Counted from the stretch's first letter, positions 1 to 9,762 are shown. The stretch: DNA of 64,000 nt from Dehalococcoidia bacterium (GCA_965217705.1 CBDCJA010000002.1:3367960-3431959), one strand, 5' to 3'. Program-made: numbers and translations. The notes: generated by a model not told the origin, from the letters alone.

Positions 1-1092
1 GCGCTCGTGGCGCCAGCCGTAGCCCCGCACGCGGATCGGCTCGCCCGGGTAGGCCGCCGCGCCCGCGTGGGGGTGCTCGATGTCCTGGAAGAACTCCCTC
101 GACCGGAGTTGGCCGGATTCCAGCAGGTCCTCCACGTCCGCGACGTAGCCCGCGATGGTGCGCATGCCCTGAAGCGTGTGGTAGATCTCCTCCTTGGTCC
201 TGGTGGCGGCCCACTCGCCGACGATGGCCAGCACGTCCTGCTGGTGCTCGCGGCGAGCCTCCCGCGTGCTGAACGCGGGGTCGTCGGCCAGCTCGGGCAC
301 GCCCATCAGATCGCACACCCTGGCCCAGATGTCCTCCCTCACGCCGATCTCCAGGCCGGGGCTCACCCAGCCGTTGGTGGTGCGCACCAGGGCGCTCTCC
401 CTTCTCGCGGGGACGCGACCGAACTGGTGGTGGATGGAAGCATGAATCTGGGCAACCGTGATGGCCTCCATAGCCGACACGTCGACGTGCTGGCCCTCGC
501 CCGTGAAGTCGCGCGCATACAGGGCCAGCATCGCGCCGGAGAACGCCGCGACGCCGACGGCGTAGAGCACGACGCTGCCGCCTATCTTGAGCGGCTCGCG
601 TTCGGGCAGTCCGACGGTGTGCATGAGCGCGCCGATCGCCTGCGTCACGATGTCTGTGCCCTGGTAGTCGCGGTAGGGGCCGGACTGCCCGAACGGGGTG
701 ATGGACACGTACACCAGGCCGGGGTTGCGTGGGGCCAGCGCGTCGTAGCCCAGACCCAGGCCCGCCATGCGGCCCGGCGCGGCGCTCTCTATCAGCACGT
801 CGGAGGACGCAGCCAGACGGCGCAGCGCGTCGGCGCCCCGGTCGGAGTCCAGGTCCAGCGTCACGCTCTTCTTGCCGGTGTTGAGGTAGAGGTGGAGCGC
901 GCTGCCCTCCTGGTGCGGCACGTCGCCGAGGAAGGGGCCTTCCCGGCGGGATGCCTCGCCCACGCCCGGGCGCTCGACCTTGATGACCTCCGCGCCCATG
1001 CCGGCCAGCAGCTTGGCGCAGTACGGCCCGGACACGCCTTCGCTGAGGTCCAGGGCTGTGATGCCGCCGAGGAGGTGCTCGCCCATCTCCAT
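1..1092 (-). CDS. Family III CoA-transferase (CaiB/BaiF-like); the C-terminal end runs off the window
   Basis: Absent from the ORF track because no stop lies inside the window. My minus-strand translation from the ATG at 1092 reads MEMGEHLLGGITALDLSEGVSGPYCAKLLAGMGAEVIKVERPG..., a typical N-terminus for this family. The listed + ORF 7..1134 is its antisense shadow. Confidence 0.8.
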   Translation of the reverse strand, partial: MEMGEHLLGGITALDLSEGVSGPYCAKLLAGMGAEVIKVERPGVGEASRREGPFLGDVPHQEGSALHLYLNTGKKSVTLDLDSDRGADALRRLAASSDVLIESAAPGRMAGLGLGYDALAPRNPGLVYVSITPFGQSGPYRDYQGTDIVTQAIGALMHTVGLPEREPLKIGGSVVLYAVGVAAFSGAMLALYARDFTGEGQHVDVSAMEAITVAQIHASIHHQFGRVPARRESALVRTTNGWVSPGLEIGVREDIWARVCDLMGVPELADDPAFSTREARREHQQDVLAIVGEWAATRTKEEIYHTLQGMRTIAGYVADVEDLLESGQLRSREFFQDIEHPHAGAAAYPGEPIRVRGYGWRHER

Positions 1093-1120
1093 GCGATTCG
1101 CCGTCTTCCGTTCGCCGCGC

Positions 1121-1987
1121 CTATCGTCCGGTGAAGGCGGGTCGGCGCTTCTCGACGAACGCGCGCACGCCCTCCTTGTGGTCCTCGGTACGGCGGCTGA
1201 TCTCCTGCGCCGGGCCGGCCAGCCGCAGGCTCTGCTCCAGGTCGATGTAGAGCGATTTCTGCACCAGCTTCTTGATGAGCGCCATGGAGTAGGTCGGGCC
1301 GTCGGCTATGCGCTGGGCCATATCCATGGTGGTCTCCATCAGCTCGTCGTGGGACACCACCTTGCTCGCCAGGCCGAGCCGCAGGGCCTCCGCAGAGTCG
1401 AGCACGTCGCCGGTGTACTGCATCAGGAAGGTGTTGCCCAGGCCGACCATGCGGGGAAGCTGCCAGCAGGAGCCGTCGGCGGGAATCAGCCCGCGCCGGA
1501 TGAACGTCTCAGAGAGCCGGGCGTTCTCCGACAGCAGCCGTATGTCGCAGGACAGCGCGATGCCGAGGCCAAGCCCCATGGCGTAGCCGTTCACGGCGGC
1601 GATGGACGGCTTCTGCAGGTCGTGCAGCCTGAGCGGCAGGAAGCGGACGTTCTCCGCGCCCTCTTCCTCGGACGGCTCGTCCTGGCTCGCCCACTGGTGC
1701 TCGAGGTACTCCCAGGCGGTCTTGTCCGTCGGTATGGGCTCCTCGGCGACCTTGCTGCGCTCCTGCACGGACTGGTCCATGCGCTTGACGTTGGCGCCGG
1801 AGCAGAAGGACGGGTCGCGGCCCGTGAGCACCACGGCCCGCAGGTTGGGGTCCGCCTCCAGCCGGTCGAGCTCGGCGTTGATTTCGGTGGACATTTCCGA
1901 GCCGATGGCGTTCCTGGTCGTCGGGTCGTCCATGGTGATGACCATCACGTTGCCAACGTCGGCAACCTCGATGTAGTCGTGCGGCAT
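1121..1987 (-). CDS. Enoyl-CoA hydratase/isomerase (crotonase) family protein
   Basis: MPHDYIEVADVGNVMVITMDDPTTRNAIG...VVLTGRDPSFCSGANV...AAVNGYAMGLGLGIALSCDIR is a crotonase-fold signature. I chose the internal ATG at 1987 over the maximal ORF start at 2125. Confidence 0.9.
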   Translation of the reverse strand: MPHDYIEVADVGNVMVITMDDPTTRNAIGSEMSTEINAELDRLEADPNLRAVVLTGRDPSFCSGANVKRMDQSVQERSKVAEEPIPTDKTAWEYLEHQWASQDEPSEEEGAENVRFLPLRLHDLQKPSIAAVNGYAMGLGLGIALSCDIRLLSENARLSETFIRRGLIPADGSCWQLPRMVGLGNTFLMQYTGDVLDSAEALRLGLASKVVSHDELMETTMDMAQRIADGPTYSMALIKKLVQKSLYIDLEQSLRLAGPAQEISRRTEDHKEGVRAFVEKRRPAFTGR

Positions 1988-2112
1988 AGTTTCCCCCTGG
2001 TGTGGAATCGGGCAGTGTCGGATGGGTAGCGATAACGTGAATGTGAGAATAGCGTTGAGGCTATGGGCTGTCAACTTGGGGGGCGGCACGTTCCGTTTAC
2101 CCGCCGAGCCCA

Positions 2113-2562
2113 ATGGTGCTACCATCTTGTTTGCGAAGGAGCCTCTGGTCAGTCCCTAACCGGCCCATTCTGGCTGCGTCTCGACATGGGCGACTGGAGG
2201 AGGGGAGACGCGAAAGGAGTTACAAAGTGCTTCACTGTACACCAACTTGCGAATATTCCACGGACGACCAGGGAAAGCAACACTTACGACGGGTTCGGAT
2301 CAAGATTTGGGACGACAGGGAGTACTTCGATCCCGCGGCTGTCCGTCGTCACGAGGAATATGAAGACATTGAGGAGGCTATCGAGCGGCTGGTTGAATTC
2401 GGCGACGAGCCAAGTTTCGACGCGAAATCTAGAATCAGTTCATCGATGCTTGCAAACCTGCTAATGAGATACAAGCGAACTGGTATCTTGCGTTCGGCAG
2501 AGGATCCCCCGAAAGTGGATCTTAAGGCAGCGTTCGATAGGCTGGCAAGGTCAAATATTTGA
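2113..2562 (+). CDS. Hypothetical protein in an AT-richer patch; start uncertain (a GTG near 2227 is possible)
   Basis: An ORF with ordinary, not Arg/Gly/Pro-skewed, composition. No motif recognised. Confidence 0.3.
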   Translation: MVLPSCLRRSLWSVPNRPILAASRHGRLEEGRRERSYKVLHCTPTCEYSTDDQGKQHLRRVRIKIWDDREYFDPAAVRRHEEYEDIEEAIERLVEFGDEPSFDAKSRISSSMLANLLMRYKRTGILRSAEDPPKVDLKAAFDRLARSNI

Positions 2563-2876
2563 TAGGCAAAGAGAGTGTGTCGGACACAGATAGACAGTTC
2601 CTTGTCGTGCGTGCTGCAACCACCGATGGCGGTGCCACCGACCACATCTACAGTCTGCGCGACGCCGCAAGCGCACCGGGAGAGACAAATGTCGACCTCG
2701 TCCTGGCCCACATCTGGGACGCTTTCACAGGGACAACGCCGTTCTTGAGGCTTGCGAATCCGGATGTCCTATACAATCCCGAACATGTAGTGCGAGTGGC
2801 CTTAGAAGTCATGTCAATTGAAGAGTCGGCAGAAGAATCTGAAGAAAGAGGACCGATTGGCTTCCGACCGCCATAA
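2559..2876 (+). CDS. Hypothetical acidic-tailed protein
   Basis: The ORF overlaps the upstream stop by 4 nt and has ordinary composition. No motif recognised. Confidence 0.3.
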   Translation: MIGKESVSDTDRQFLVVRAATTDGGATDHIYSLRDAASAPGETNVDLVLAHIWDAFTGTTPFLRLANPDVLYNPEHVVRVALEVMSIEESAEESEERGPIGFRPP

Positions 2877-2913
2877 GCGCCAGGCGCCCAGCCGCCACTT
2901 CCCCCAGCTCCGC

Positions 2914-5900
2914 CTACCCGCCCGCCAGCATCCGGCTTACCGCGTCCTCGACGGCGCGGCCCTCGTCGGACTCGCGCAGCCACGCCCGCAGCTCGCGGCG
3001 CACGATGGTGACGCCCACGCCGTCGCCGCGCTCCTCGCGCAGCGCCGCCAGCCGCGCACTCGCGCCTACCGCGGCCGCGGCCCCCGCCGCCGCGATGTCC
3101 GCGTGTAGCTCGTGCGATGCGTCGAACTCCGGTATCGGCAGCTTCCACAGGTGTTTTTGCAGGTCTCGCGCGCCGAACTGTCCCCTTGACATCAAGGGGT
3201 TTACGGCTGTCTCCAGCGCCACACTATTGATGATTGCGAGCAGGTAGTTGGCTTCGTGGACGTCCTTGCAGACAACCCAAAAGAGCTTGTAGTCGATAAC
3301 TGCTTGATCATTTTGAACGAGTGTAGCTGTAGGTCGGCCGGCCGACACGTACACTATTCTTGTTGGTCGCGTGCCCGAGTCACGTTGCCACATAAACTGC
3401 GACGTCAGCTTGCCCATGTAGTCGAGTTGCCCCACCAAGTCCAGCTTGTTGGCGCGGCCCTTCTTCTCCTCCCAGAGGCTGTTGACGGTCTGCCAGCGTC
3501 CGCGCATCCGGCGCTCCAATCCGGCCAGCGACACGCCGCCTGGTTCGCCAACTTGAACCGGTATGGCAGAGTCGCCCTGCTTGAGCGGCAACAGCGCCTT
3601 GAGCGGCTCAAGTGTCACGTAGGGAGCGACGGTCTCGCCGAGGTGGACGCTAAAGAGGTGGGTCTCCTCCACGGTCTGGCCGGTGATTGCTGTAAGGTCC
3701 AGGTTCTTCCAGGGCGCTTTGTCCTGGCTGCCCCGGCGGGGGTTGACGGTTGAGGTCCGCACCGCCTGCATGATGGCGGGGTTGTCGGTCTCGTTGACGA
3801 AGAACAGCGCCCGCGGAACAATGGTCGCGCCCTGGCGTGAGAGAGCGGCATAAGGCGAATCGCCCGTTACGCCCGTGTCGGTGATGGCCGCCGCGTCGCG
3901 CCGCACGTCCGCGGCGCCGGCGGCGCCGCGCCAGCGCTCCACCGAATCTGCAAGCGGCCTGGGGGCGGCCTCCGGCGGCATCCGCTCTGCGAACACGACC
4001 GAGGCCGGCACTGGGAAGAAGGTGTTGGGTTCCAGCCGTTCGAGGTCCCACGCCGCCTTTATGGTGAAGTCCGCCATTATGCCGGTGCCACTTCTGCCCG
4101 CTCGCCAGCGTCCGGAGCGCCACTTGGAGTACTGGCCGGCTTGGAGCGCGCTGTGGGGCATAACGAACCCGATTTTGCCGCCCTCACCGAGGTAGAGGTC
4201 CACGCTACGGGTGAAGAACAGCCCGGCCACGTCCTGGTGGGTGGCGTAGCGTCCGCCGGCCCAGATGCCGTAGCGGTCGCGGCTCAGCCGCTGCAGCTCG
4301 GTGCGCAGCACGTCCGCCGTCTGGTTGTAGTTGATCCAGGGCGGGTTGCCTATCACCACGTCCACCTTTTCGCGGGACAGCGCCACCGGGCGCACCATAT
4401 TGCGAGCGTAGTAGGCCCACACGTGGTCGCGGCCGCGGTCGTGGAGTTGCTTCAGGACGCCGATCGTCCTGCCCAGGGTCTCGCGCTCGGCGGGGTCGGT
4501 CACGTGGTTGTCGTCCAGGGCGAGTTGGGGGTCGTCCCCCTCCACGACGTAGAAGGAGACGTCCGCCATGAGCGCGTCGAAGCTCTCGGCGCGCTCGACC
4601 AGGCTGACCGGAAACACGAGCTCGGCGTGCTCCTCCTCCCTGGTCTGGATGGTTATCTCGTTCTCGTCCAGCAGGTCTCCGCTGCGGATGCGAAGCTGTA
4701 GGGCGTCGCCCAGGTAGACGGGGATGGACAGCGAGGCCTCGACCTGCGCGCTGGAGGCGGCGTCGATGGCGGGCCGGGCGGCCAGGGTCCAGGCGGTGCG
4801 GGCGAGCTGCACCGCCGCGGGGTGAACGTCGATGCCGGTCACGGCGTCGCGCAGCCGGTCCAGTATGCGCCAGGGGTCCCAGTTCGCCTCGCGCGCGGCG
4901 TCCACGAAGTGGGACACCGCCTCGGCCAGGAACGTGCCTGAGCCGCATGCGGGGTCGAGCACGCGCTGCTCGAGCGGCCTGTCCACCAGCTCGCGCGCCA
5001 TCGTCCGGGCCAGCCAGGCGGGGGTGTAGTACTCGCCGAGCTGCCGGCGCTCCTCCGGCGGTATTACCGTGACGTAGAGGGTGGAGGCCGTGTCCGGGGG
5101 CGCGCCGGTCCAGTTGAAGCGCGCCACGCGGCGGGCCAGCGTGCGCAGCATCGGATTGGCGCCGACCTCGTTGGGCCAGCTGAAGAAGTCCGATTCCAGC
5201 ACGCCGCGCAGTCCGGTCGAGTTGTAGAACTCCCTGCCGTCGAGCAGGTCGGCGGGGTCGGTCTCGGCGAGCCGCCGGATGTCGATGCCGAACGAGGCTT
5301 GCACCACCATGCTCAGGATGGCGCACAGGTAGGTGTGGCGAACGAACAGGTCGTCGATCGTCTCGTCACGGCCCGCGCCGGCGACCTCGCCGAGGGCCGT
5401 GCGCAGAAGCTGGCGCCACAGGTCCCGCTTGACCCGGATGGTGTCGAGGGAGGCGTGCCGCCTGTACAGCGTGGAGAGGGCGGCGAGGTCGCGCTGGTGG
5501 GGCGGGCTGTCCGGCCCGAAGTAGCGGGCCAGCCCCTTGGCGTCGGGCGCGACGTTGTCCAGCGAGAACAGGGCGTAGTCGCGCAGCCACTCGTAGAGAG
5601 GCAGCCACCCGGCCGGGTCGTCGAGCGTGAAGTAGTAGGGCGGCGCGAGCTGCGGGTCGGGGGCGCCGGGCCAGCGCAGCAGCCAGTGCCTGCCGTCGGT
5701 GAGCACGCCCATGCGCACCTTGCTCTGCCTGGCCGACTCCTCCAGGTAGCCGTCGAGCTGGCGGACGTACTCCGGGTCCGGGGCGGTCCTGCCGGGCGCG
5801 ATTCGGCGCTTGACCTCGATGAAGGTGTCCAGGGCGGTCAGGTCGACGGCCCGGCTGGAGCCGTGAGCCGGCGGGTTCTCCTCGACTATCTGGTTGCTGG

Positions 5901-6039
5901 CGGCAAGCTCGGTGGTGGTGAGGAAGGCGCGCACCGCGGTGGTGATGTTAGCTTCGGGTTCGCCGTTGTCATGGCGCCGCAGCACCTCTCGCGCCGCCTC
6001 TTGGTGCATGGGATGGTCGATGTCGATGTGGGTAGTCAC
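2914..6039 (-). CDS. Single-chain Type IIG/IIL restriction-modification enzyme: N-terminal PD-(D/E)xK nuclease, gamma-class N6-adenine methyltransferase and a C-terminal target-recognition region
   Basis: Nuclease-like motif AVDLTALDTFIEVKRR near the N-terminus; AdoMet motif VLDPACGSGTFL; catalytic motif VVIGNPPWINY. The maximal ORF extends to 6090; the GTG at 6039 or the ATG at 6012 are alternative starts. Confidence 0.8.
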   Translation of the reverse strand: MTTHIDIDHPMHQEAAREVLRRHDNGEPEANITTAVRAFLTTTELAASNQIVEENPPAHGSSRAVDLTALDTFIEVKRRIAPGRTAPDPEYVRQLDGYLEESARQSKVRMGVLTDGRHWLLRWPGAPDPQLAPPYYFTLDDPAGWLPLYEWLRDYALFSLDNVAPDAKGLARYFGPDSPPHQRDLAALSTLYRRHASLDTIRVKRDLWRQLLRTALGEVAGAGRDETIDDLFVRHTYLCAILSMVVQASFGIDIRRLAETDPADLLDGREFYNSTGLRGVLESDFFSWPNEVGANPMLRTLARRVARFNWTGAPPDTASTLYVTVIPPEERRQLGEYYTPAWLARTMARELVDRPLEQRVLDPACGSGTFLAEAVSHFVDAAREANWDPWRILDRLRDAVTGIDVHPAAVQLARTAWTLAARPAIDAASSAQVEASLSIPVYLGDALQLRIRSGDLLDENEITIQTREEEHAELVFPVSLVERAESFDALMADVSFYVVEGDDPQLALDDNHVTDPAERETLGRTIGVLKQLHDRGRDHVWAYYARNMVRPVALSREKVDVVIGNPPWINYNQTADVLRTELQRLSRDRYGIWAGGRYATHQDVAGLFFTRSVDLYLGEGGKIGFVMPHSALQAGQYSKWRSGRWRAGRSGTGIMADFTIKAAWDLERLEPNTFFPVPASVVFAERMPPEAAPRPLADSVERWRGAAGAADVRRDAAAITDTGVTGDSPYAALSRQGATIVPRALFFVNETDNPAIMQAVRTSTVNPRRGSQDKAPWKNLDLTAITGQTVEETHLFSVHLGETVAPYVTLEPLKALLPLKQGDSAIPVQVGEPGGVSLAGLERRMRGRWQTVNSLWEEKKGRANKLDLVGQLDYMGKLTSQFMWQRDSGTRPTRIVYVSAGRPTATLVQNDQAVIDYKLFWVVCKDVHEANYLLAIINSVALETAVNPLMSRGQFGARDLQKHLWKLPIPEFDASHELHADIAAAGAAAAVGASARLAALREERGDGVGVTIVRRELRAWLRESDEGRAVEDAVSRMLAGG

Positions 6040-6127
6040 GTTCGCGCCCGGCTTTCCGCATGAGTGAGCTAGGCGGGCATTGTATCGCAATGCTGGCCCG
6101 CGCGGGGGCGAGGGTGAATCCCCGACC

Positions 6128-6499
6128 CTATCGGTTGGCGCGTATGGCTACGCGGCCCCCGCGTTCGACGTCGATGGTGAGGTTGTGTCCGTCCAGCAAG
6201 GCCATACCGATGAGGGGCGTAACGCCGGTGATGTCGGCGTCGATGTTTCTCGGCCGTCCATCCCAGAGCGCCGAGACGTTATGGACGTCAAAGTTCGCCT
6301 GCTCGCCGTTGGCCAAGAATGCGTAGCCTACGGTGGCAAAGGGAAGCTCCAACTCGGCTACCAGAGACTGCGGCAAGGTCAAGAAGCCGTTGTAGCCGGT
6401 GTCCACTACGGCTTGGATTTCTCGCGTCTGCCCGGCCGGGCCATGTATGGGGAGGGTCACCACTGCTTCATGCCTGGCATTGACCCGTCCCTCGATCAA
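6128..6499 (-). CDS. Retropepsin-like (clan AA) aspartic protease
   Basis: AVVDTGYNGFLTLP contains the DTG catalytic motif. The 123-aa size is typical of bacterial and archaeal mini-retropepsins. Confidence 0.75.
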   Translation of the reverse strand: MIEGRVNARHEAVVTLPIHGPAGQTREIQAVVDTGYNGFLTLPQSLVAELELPFATVGYAFLANGEQANFDVHNVSALWDGRPRNIDADITGVTPLIGMALLDGHNLTIDVERGGRVAIRANR

Positions 6500-6813
6500 T
6501 CGGTCCTCCGCAGGGAGCCGGCCCCAAAGCTGCGCAGTGCGCGGTATCCGACCTTCTCGGCCAGCACGTTGACAGCTTCCGGGCGCTTCGCGCGCAGGCG
6601 CTCTGATGCCGCTGCGGCGTTTTCGCCCAAAGCCCAGAGGCCGGTGTCCACATCTATGGCAACAATCTCGCCGACATGGTCGGACTCGACGAGGCGGCGG
6701 ATGTCGCGGTCATACATCTCCTTGCCCAGGCGCACCGTTTCGTCGCGCGGCAGTCGCTCAGGCATGGGGACGTCGCTACCATACATGGACGTAGTGGCTT
6801 TCGCGTTTCTCAT
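6496..6813 (-). CDS. Small partner protein upstream of the retropepsin-like protease
   Basis: A GGGAGGA Shine-Dalgarno lies upstream of the ATG at 6813. There is a 4-nt overlap with the protease gene. No catalytic motif recognised. Confidence 0.55.
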   Translation of the reverse strand: MRNAKATTSMYGSDVPMPERLPRDETVRLGKEMYDRDIRRLVESDHVGEIVAIDVDTGLWALGENAAAASERLRAKRPEAVNVLAEKVGYRALRSFGAGSLRRTD

Positions 6814-6922
6814 GATGCGTCCTCCCTGTCCGGCGCACGCCCGCATTGGTGTCAGCCTACCATTTCTCGGAGGAACGGGGCAACGGCAGAGGCTCTGCCC
6901 TTACACCACGCCCTCACCCTAA

Positions 6923-6944
6923 CCCTCTCCCTCGAGGGAGAGGG
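6923..6944. repeat. 22-nt perfect palindrome CCCTCTCCCTCGAGGGAGAGGG (REP-like hairpin) just downstream of the comM stop
   Basis: Read directly from the sequence. It sits between the protease pair and the comM remnant. Confidence 0.6.
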
Positions 6945-6976
6945 GATATGTGGAGCCCCTGTTGGCCCGCCTGCCG

Positions 6977-7489
6977 CTACGCCGCCTGCTCGGCGGGGCG
7001 GTACTGGAGCGCTTCGGCGAGGTGCGGTGACTCGACGTTCTCGGCGCCGCCGAGGTCGGCGATGGTCCTGCCCAGCTTGAGCACGCGGTGGTATGCCCTT
7101 GCAGACAGGTGCAGCCTGCTGGTCGCCATGCGCAGCAGGCCGGCGGCCGTGTCGTCCACCTTGCAGTATTCCCACACCTCGACAGGCCCCATCTCGGCGT
7201 TAGTGATCAGCCCCGTGCCCTCGAAACGCCTGGCCTGCACCAGGCGCGCCGCCTCGATCCGGTCGCGCGTCCGGGCCGAGGTGTCCGTGCCGGACGGCAT
7301 GGTGAGCTTCTCGTACTCCACCCTGGGCACCTCGACGAAAAGGTCGATCCTGTCCATCAGAGGCCCGCTGATCCGCTTGGCGTAGCGGGTGACCTGGCTG
7401 GGGGAGCAGACGCACTGCTTGCCCGGGTCTCCGGCGAACCCGCAGGGACAGGGGTTCATGGCCGCCACGAGCATGAAGTTGGCGGTGGG
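6977..7489 (-). pseudogene. comM: 3' fragment of comM/yifB (Mg-chelatase-like AAA+ protein), cut off by element insertion
   Basis: (PTAN)FMLVAAMNPCPCG...ISGPLMDRIDLFVEVP...SARAYHRVLKLGRTIADL...HLAEALQYR matches the C-terminal third of ComM. An in-frame TGA lies immediately upstream, and no N-terminal AAA+ part is present. Confidence 0.85.
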
Positions 7490-9060
7490 TCAATTGCAGC
7501 CAATTTCTGACTCCCGATGGTCAAAGTTATTTGGACGCAGTTGTCGCGATCGATTGTCACACTGTCTACAATGAGTCGCAACGCATCCTTGCGCTTCTGC
7601 GGGCTTAGTTCCTCAAGGCTGCTGCTTACCGTACTGGCCCACTGTCCAACTTTCCGCATGAGGAGTCGCTTCTCAGCGACAACGGATTGCATAGCGCGAT
7701 ATCCTTCCAGTCTGGTCTGGTAATGATTCAGTCGCTGGGTAATGAACTTTCGCTGTCGATCAAGTTGGTTCTCGGTAATCTTGCCCGAGACGAACAGCCT
7801 TATGGCCCTATCTTCCTCCAACTGAACGTTCCGCATCTCAAGCTCAGCCTTAGCGACTTCCTCAGCCAAGTGGGTATCATCCTGAGCGTGCATCGCGCCG
7901 ATGCCAACCGCTATAACTTCGGGGTTCTGAACAACCTTCTTGACCTCAGCCCAGACCAAGTCTTCCAGCCGTTCCGCTCTTATGAAGGGGTGCGCTCGGC
8001 AGCGGAACAGACGCTTCTGCATTCCGTAACACTGATAGTAGCGCCGGGGAGGGTCTAAATCGTAGTAATATACCTTTCCGTTGCGCCTTACCGTATTCTG
8101 CCTTGTTGCCCGTCCTCCCATAAGCATCCCACACTCTACGCACCGCACAAGATGCTGCAACATATAGAATACCTTAGTGTTCCGCTTGGCTCGGCTCTTT
8201 CTAAGCTTCTTGATGTCTTGCACCTTGTCCCAAGTCTCCTTAGCCACGAGCGGCGGGAATGGGACTTCTATCCAGGTATCCTTTGGCTGATCGTATATCA
8301 TCCTGCCTTCTTCAGTCGTAACCTGGCGGGTCCTGCCGTACCACCAAGTACCCTTGTAGGCCTCATTCCGCAAAATGCGATGGACATGCGACTCATGCCA
8401 TCGCTTGCTGCCGGGCCTTCCCGTCGGAACCTCGTCATCAATCAGGTGGCGGACAATCAACGGGATTCCGATCCCTTCGTGCGCATACTGATTGTAGATG
8501 CGTTGCACGATCGCTGCCTCAGCTTCTAATATGGCGGGCTTGCCGTCATCTCCGATTCGGTATCCGTATGGAATTCCATTGGACGGTATGCGGCCCTGCT
8601 TTGCCGAGCCGCGCTTGCCCATGGAAGCACGCTCGCGGAAGTTGTCGAGCTCGATCTTGCCGATGGCCGCCATGAGTCCGAAGGTCTTCATGTCGATGGA
8701 GTCCATGACGGCTTCGAGATTGATCTGGTGGGCCTCGATGACCTCCATGAGGACGGCGGCGGGGTACATGCCCCGGCTGAGGCGGTCGGACTTCCAGCAG
8801 ACGATGGTGTCGAAGCGTCCTTCCCTGGCGTCGGCGAGCATTCTCTGGAATTCTGGGCGCTTCTTGGACCAGCCCTTGCCCACCTCCTTGTAGCGGGCGA
8901 CGATAGTCAAGCCTCTGCGTTCGCAGTAGGACTCCATTTCGGCCACCTGCTCTACGATGGAGGTCTTCTCCTCCGTGTCCTGGCTCTGGTCTGACACACG
9001 GGCGTAGATGGCCGCTCGGTTCGCTTCTTTCCTCTTACTTCTCAACTTGACCTCCGGCAT
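7456..9060 (-). CDS. Large serine recombinase (integrase of the element)
   Basis: AAIYARVSDQSQD holds the resolvase-type catalytic serine. Also present are FDTIVCWKSDRLSRG, a recombinase domain, the zinc-ribbon CVECGMLMGG...YYQCYG and a coiled-coil tail. A GAGGGGG SD precedes the ATG at 9060. The gene is AT-richer than its surroundings. Confidence 0.9.
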   Translation of the reverse strand: MPEVKLRSKRKEANRAAIYARVSDQSQDTEEKTSIVEQVAEMESYCERRGLTIVARYKEVGKGWSKKRPEFQRMLADAREGRFDTIVCWKSDRLSRGMYPAAVLMEVIEAHQINLEAVMDSIDMKTFGLMAAIGKIELDNFRERASMGKRGSAKQGRIPSNGIPYGYRIGDDGKPAILEAEAAIVQRIYNQYAHEGIGIPLIVRHLIDDEVPTGRPGSKRWHESHVHRILRNEAYKGTWWYGRTRQVTTEEGRMIYDQPKDTWIEVPFPPLVAKETWDKVQDIKKLRKSRAKRNTKVFYMLQHLVRCVECGMLMGGRATRQNTVRRNGKVYYYDLDPPRRYYQCYGMQKRLFRCRAHPFIRAERLEDLVWAEVKKVVQNPEVIAVGIGAMHAQDDTHLAEEVAKAELEMRNVQLEEDRAIRLFVSGKITENQLDRQRKFITQRLNHYQTRLEGYRAMQSVVAEKRLLMRKVGQWASTVSSSLEELSPQKRKDALRLIVDSVTIDRDNCVQITLTIGSQKLAAIDPPPTSCSWRP

Positions 9061-9540
9061 ATGCTGCCCCCTCTCTCGAAAACAAAAGACCCACCTCCTG
9101 TCGGGAGCGGGCCTGCGAGTGGTACAATAGGTCCGCACTGCCTGGTCCCTCCAGGTGGCGCCACGGCCCGGGGTGTTGTCAGCACCGCCGGGTCAACTTT
9201 CGTTCCAATGATACCGTGATTGGCGGGTTGGCGTCAAAGAGAAGCGTCTGCTGGTGGGCACGCCCGACTTGGAGCGCGAGCGGCTGTTCATGATGTCGAA
9301 CGACGCGCCTTCGTCGGGATGATACTACACATCCAGGAGGACCTCGAGCTTTGCGCCACGGTGGTTGACCTACACTGTGGGAATGTCTGTCAAAGACAGT
9401 TGGCCGACCCGTCGACCTACATGAAGATTCTGTGAAAGAGTCACCTGAGGTGAAGGCTGCTTCCCGACACGCAAAGGAACGAGTTAGGCTTCATCACCAG
9501 GCCTGCTGCTAGTAAGTGTTGCGGCGTTCAGCGCTCTCTT

Positions 9541-9762
9541 TCAGTCTTCAAGTTGCCTCTCGCATTCGCTGGCAAACCCTTGGTCTCCGGTGGGCGGCGG
9601 GGCCTGACGTTGCGCGGCCGCTTGTTCGAGCAGCAAGGTGAAGAGGCGGCGCAGCCGGTCCTGGGCGTCCGGTGCGGGGTTGCAGTTGATCGCCACCACG
9701 CGGAGCTCGCCAGGGGCTCTGTCGCCAATGTTCGATTCTGGTCGGCTCTTGGCTTCTCTCAA
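9541..9762 (-). CDS. Hypothetical small protein (weak call)
   Basis: An ORF only, with moderately ordinary composition (…RVVAINCNPAPDAQDRLRRLFTLLLEQ…). Confidence 0.2.
   Translation of the reverse strand: MREAKSRPESNIGDRAPGELRVVAINCNPAPDAQDRLRRLFTLLLEQAAAQRQAPPPTGDQGFASECERQLED

Noticed and set aside
7-1134. 375-aa + strand ORF
   Set aside because: It is Ala/Arg/Gly/His-rich with no motifs. It lies exactly antisense to a clear CoA-transferase reading frame that runs off the window.
2914-6090. BREX PglX methyltransferase
   Set aside because: No pglZ, brxC, brxL or other BREX genes are nearby. An N-terminal PD-ExK-like motif favours a stand-alone Type IIG enzyme.
9220-9435. 71-aa + ORF next to the recombinase as a possible excisionase/RDF
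   Set aside because: It has no SD and no recognisable HTH or RDF motif, and its composition is unconvincing.
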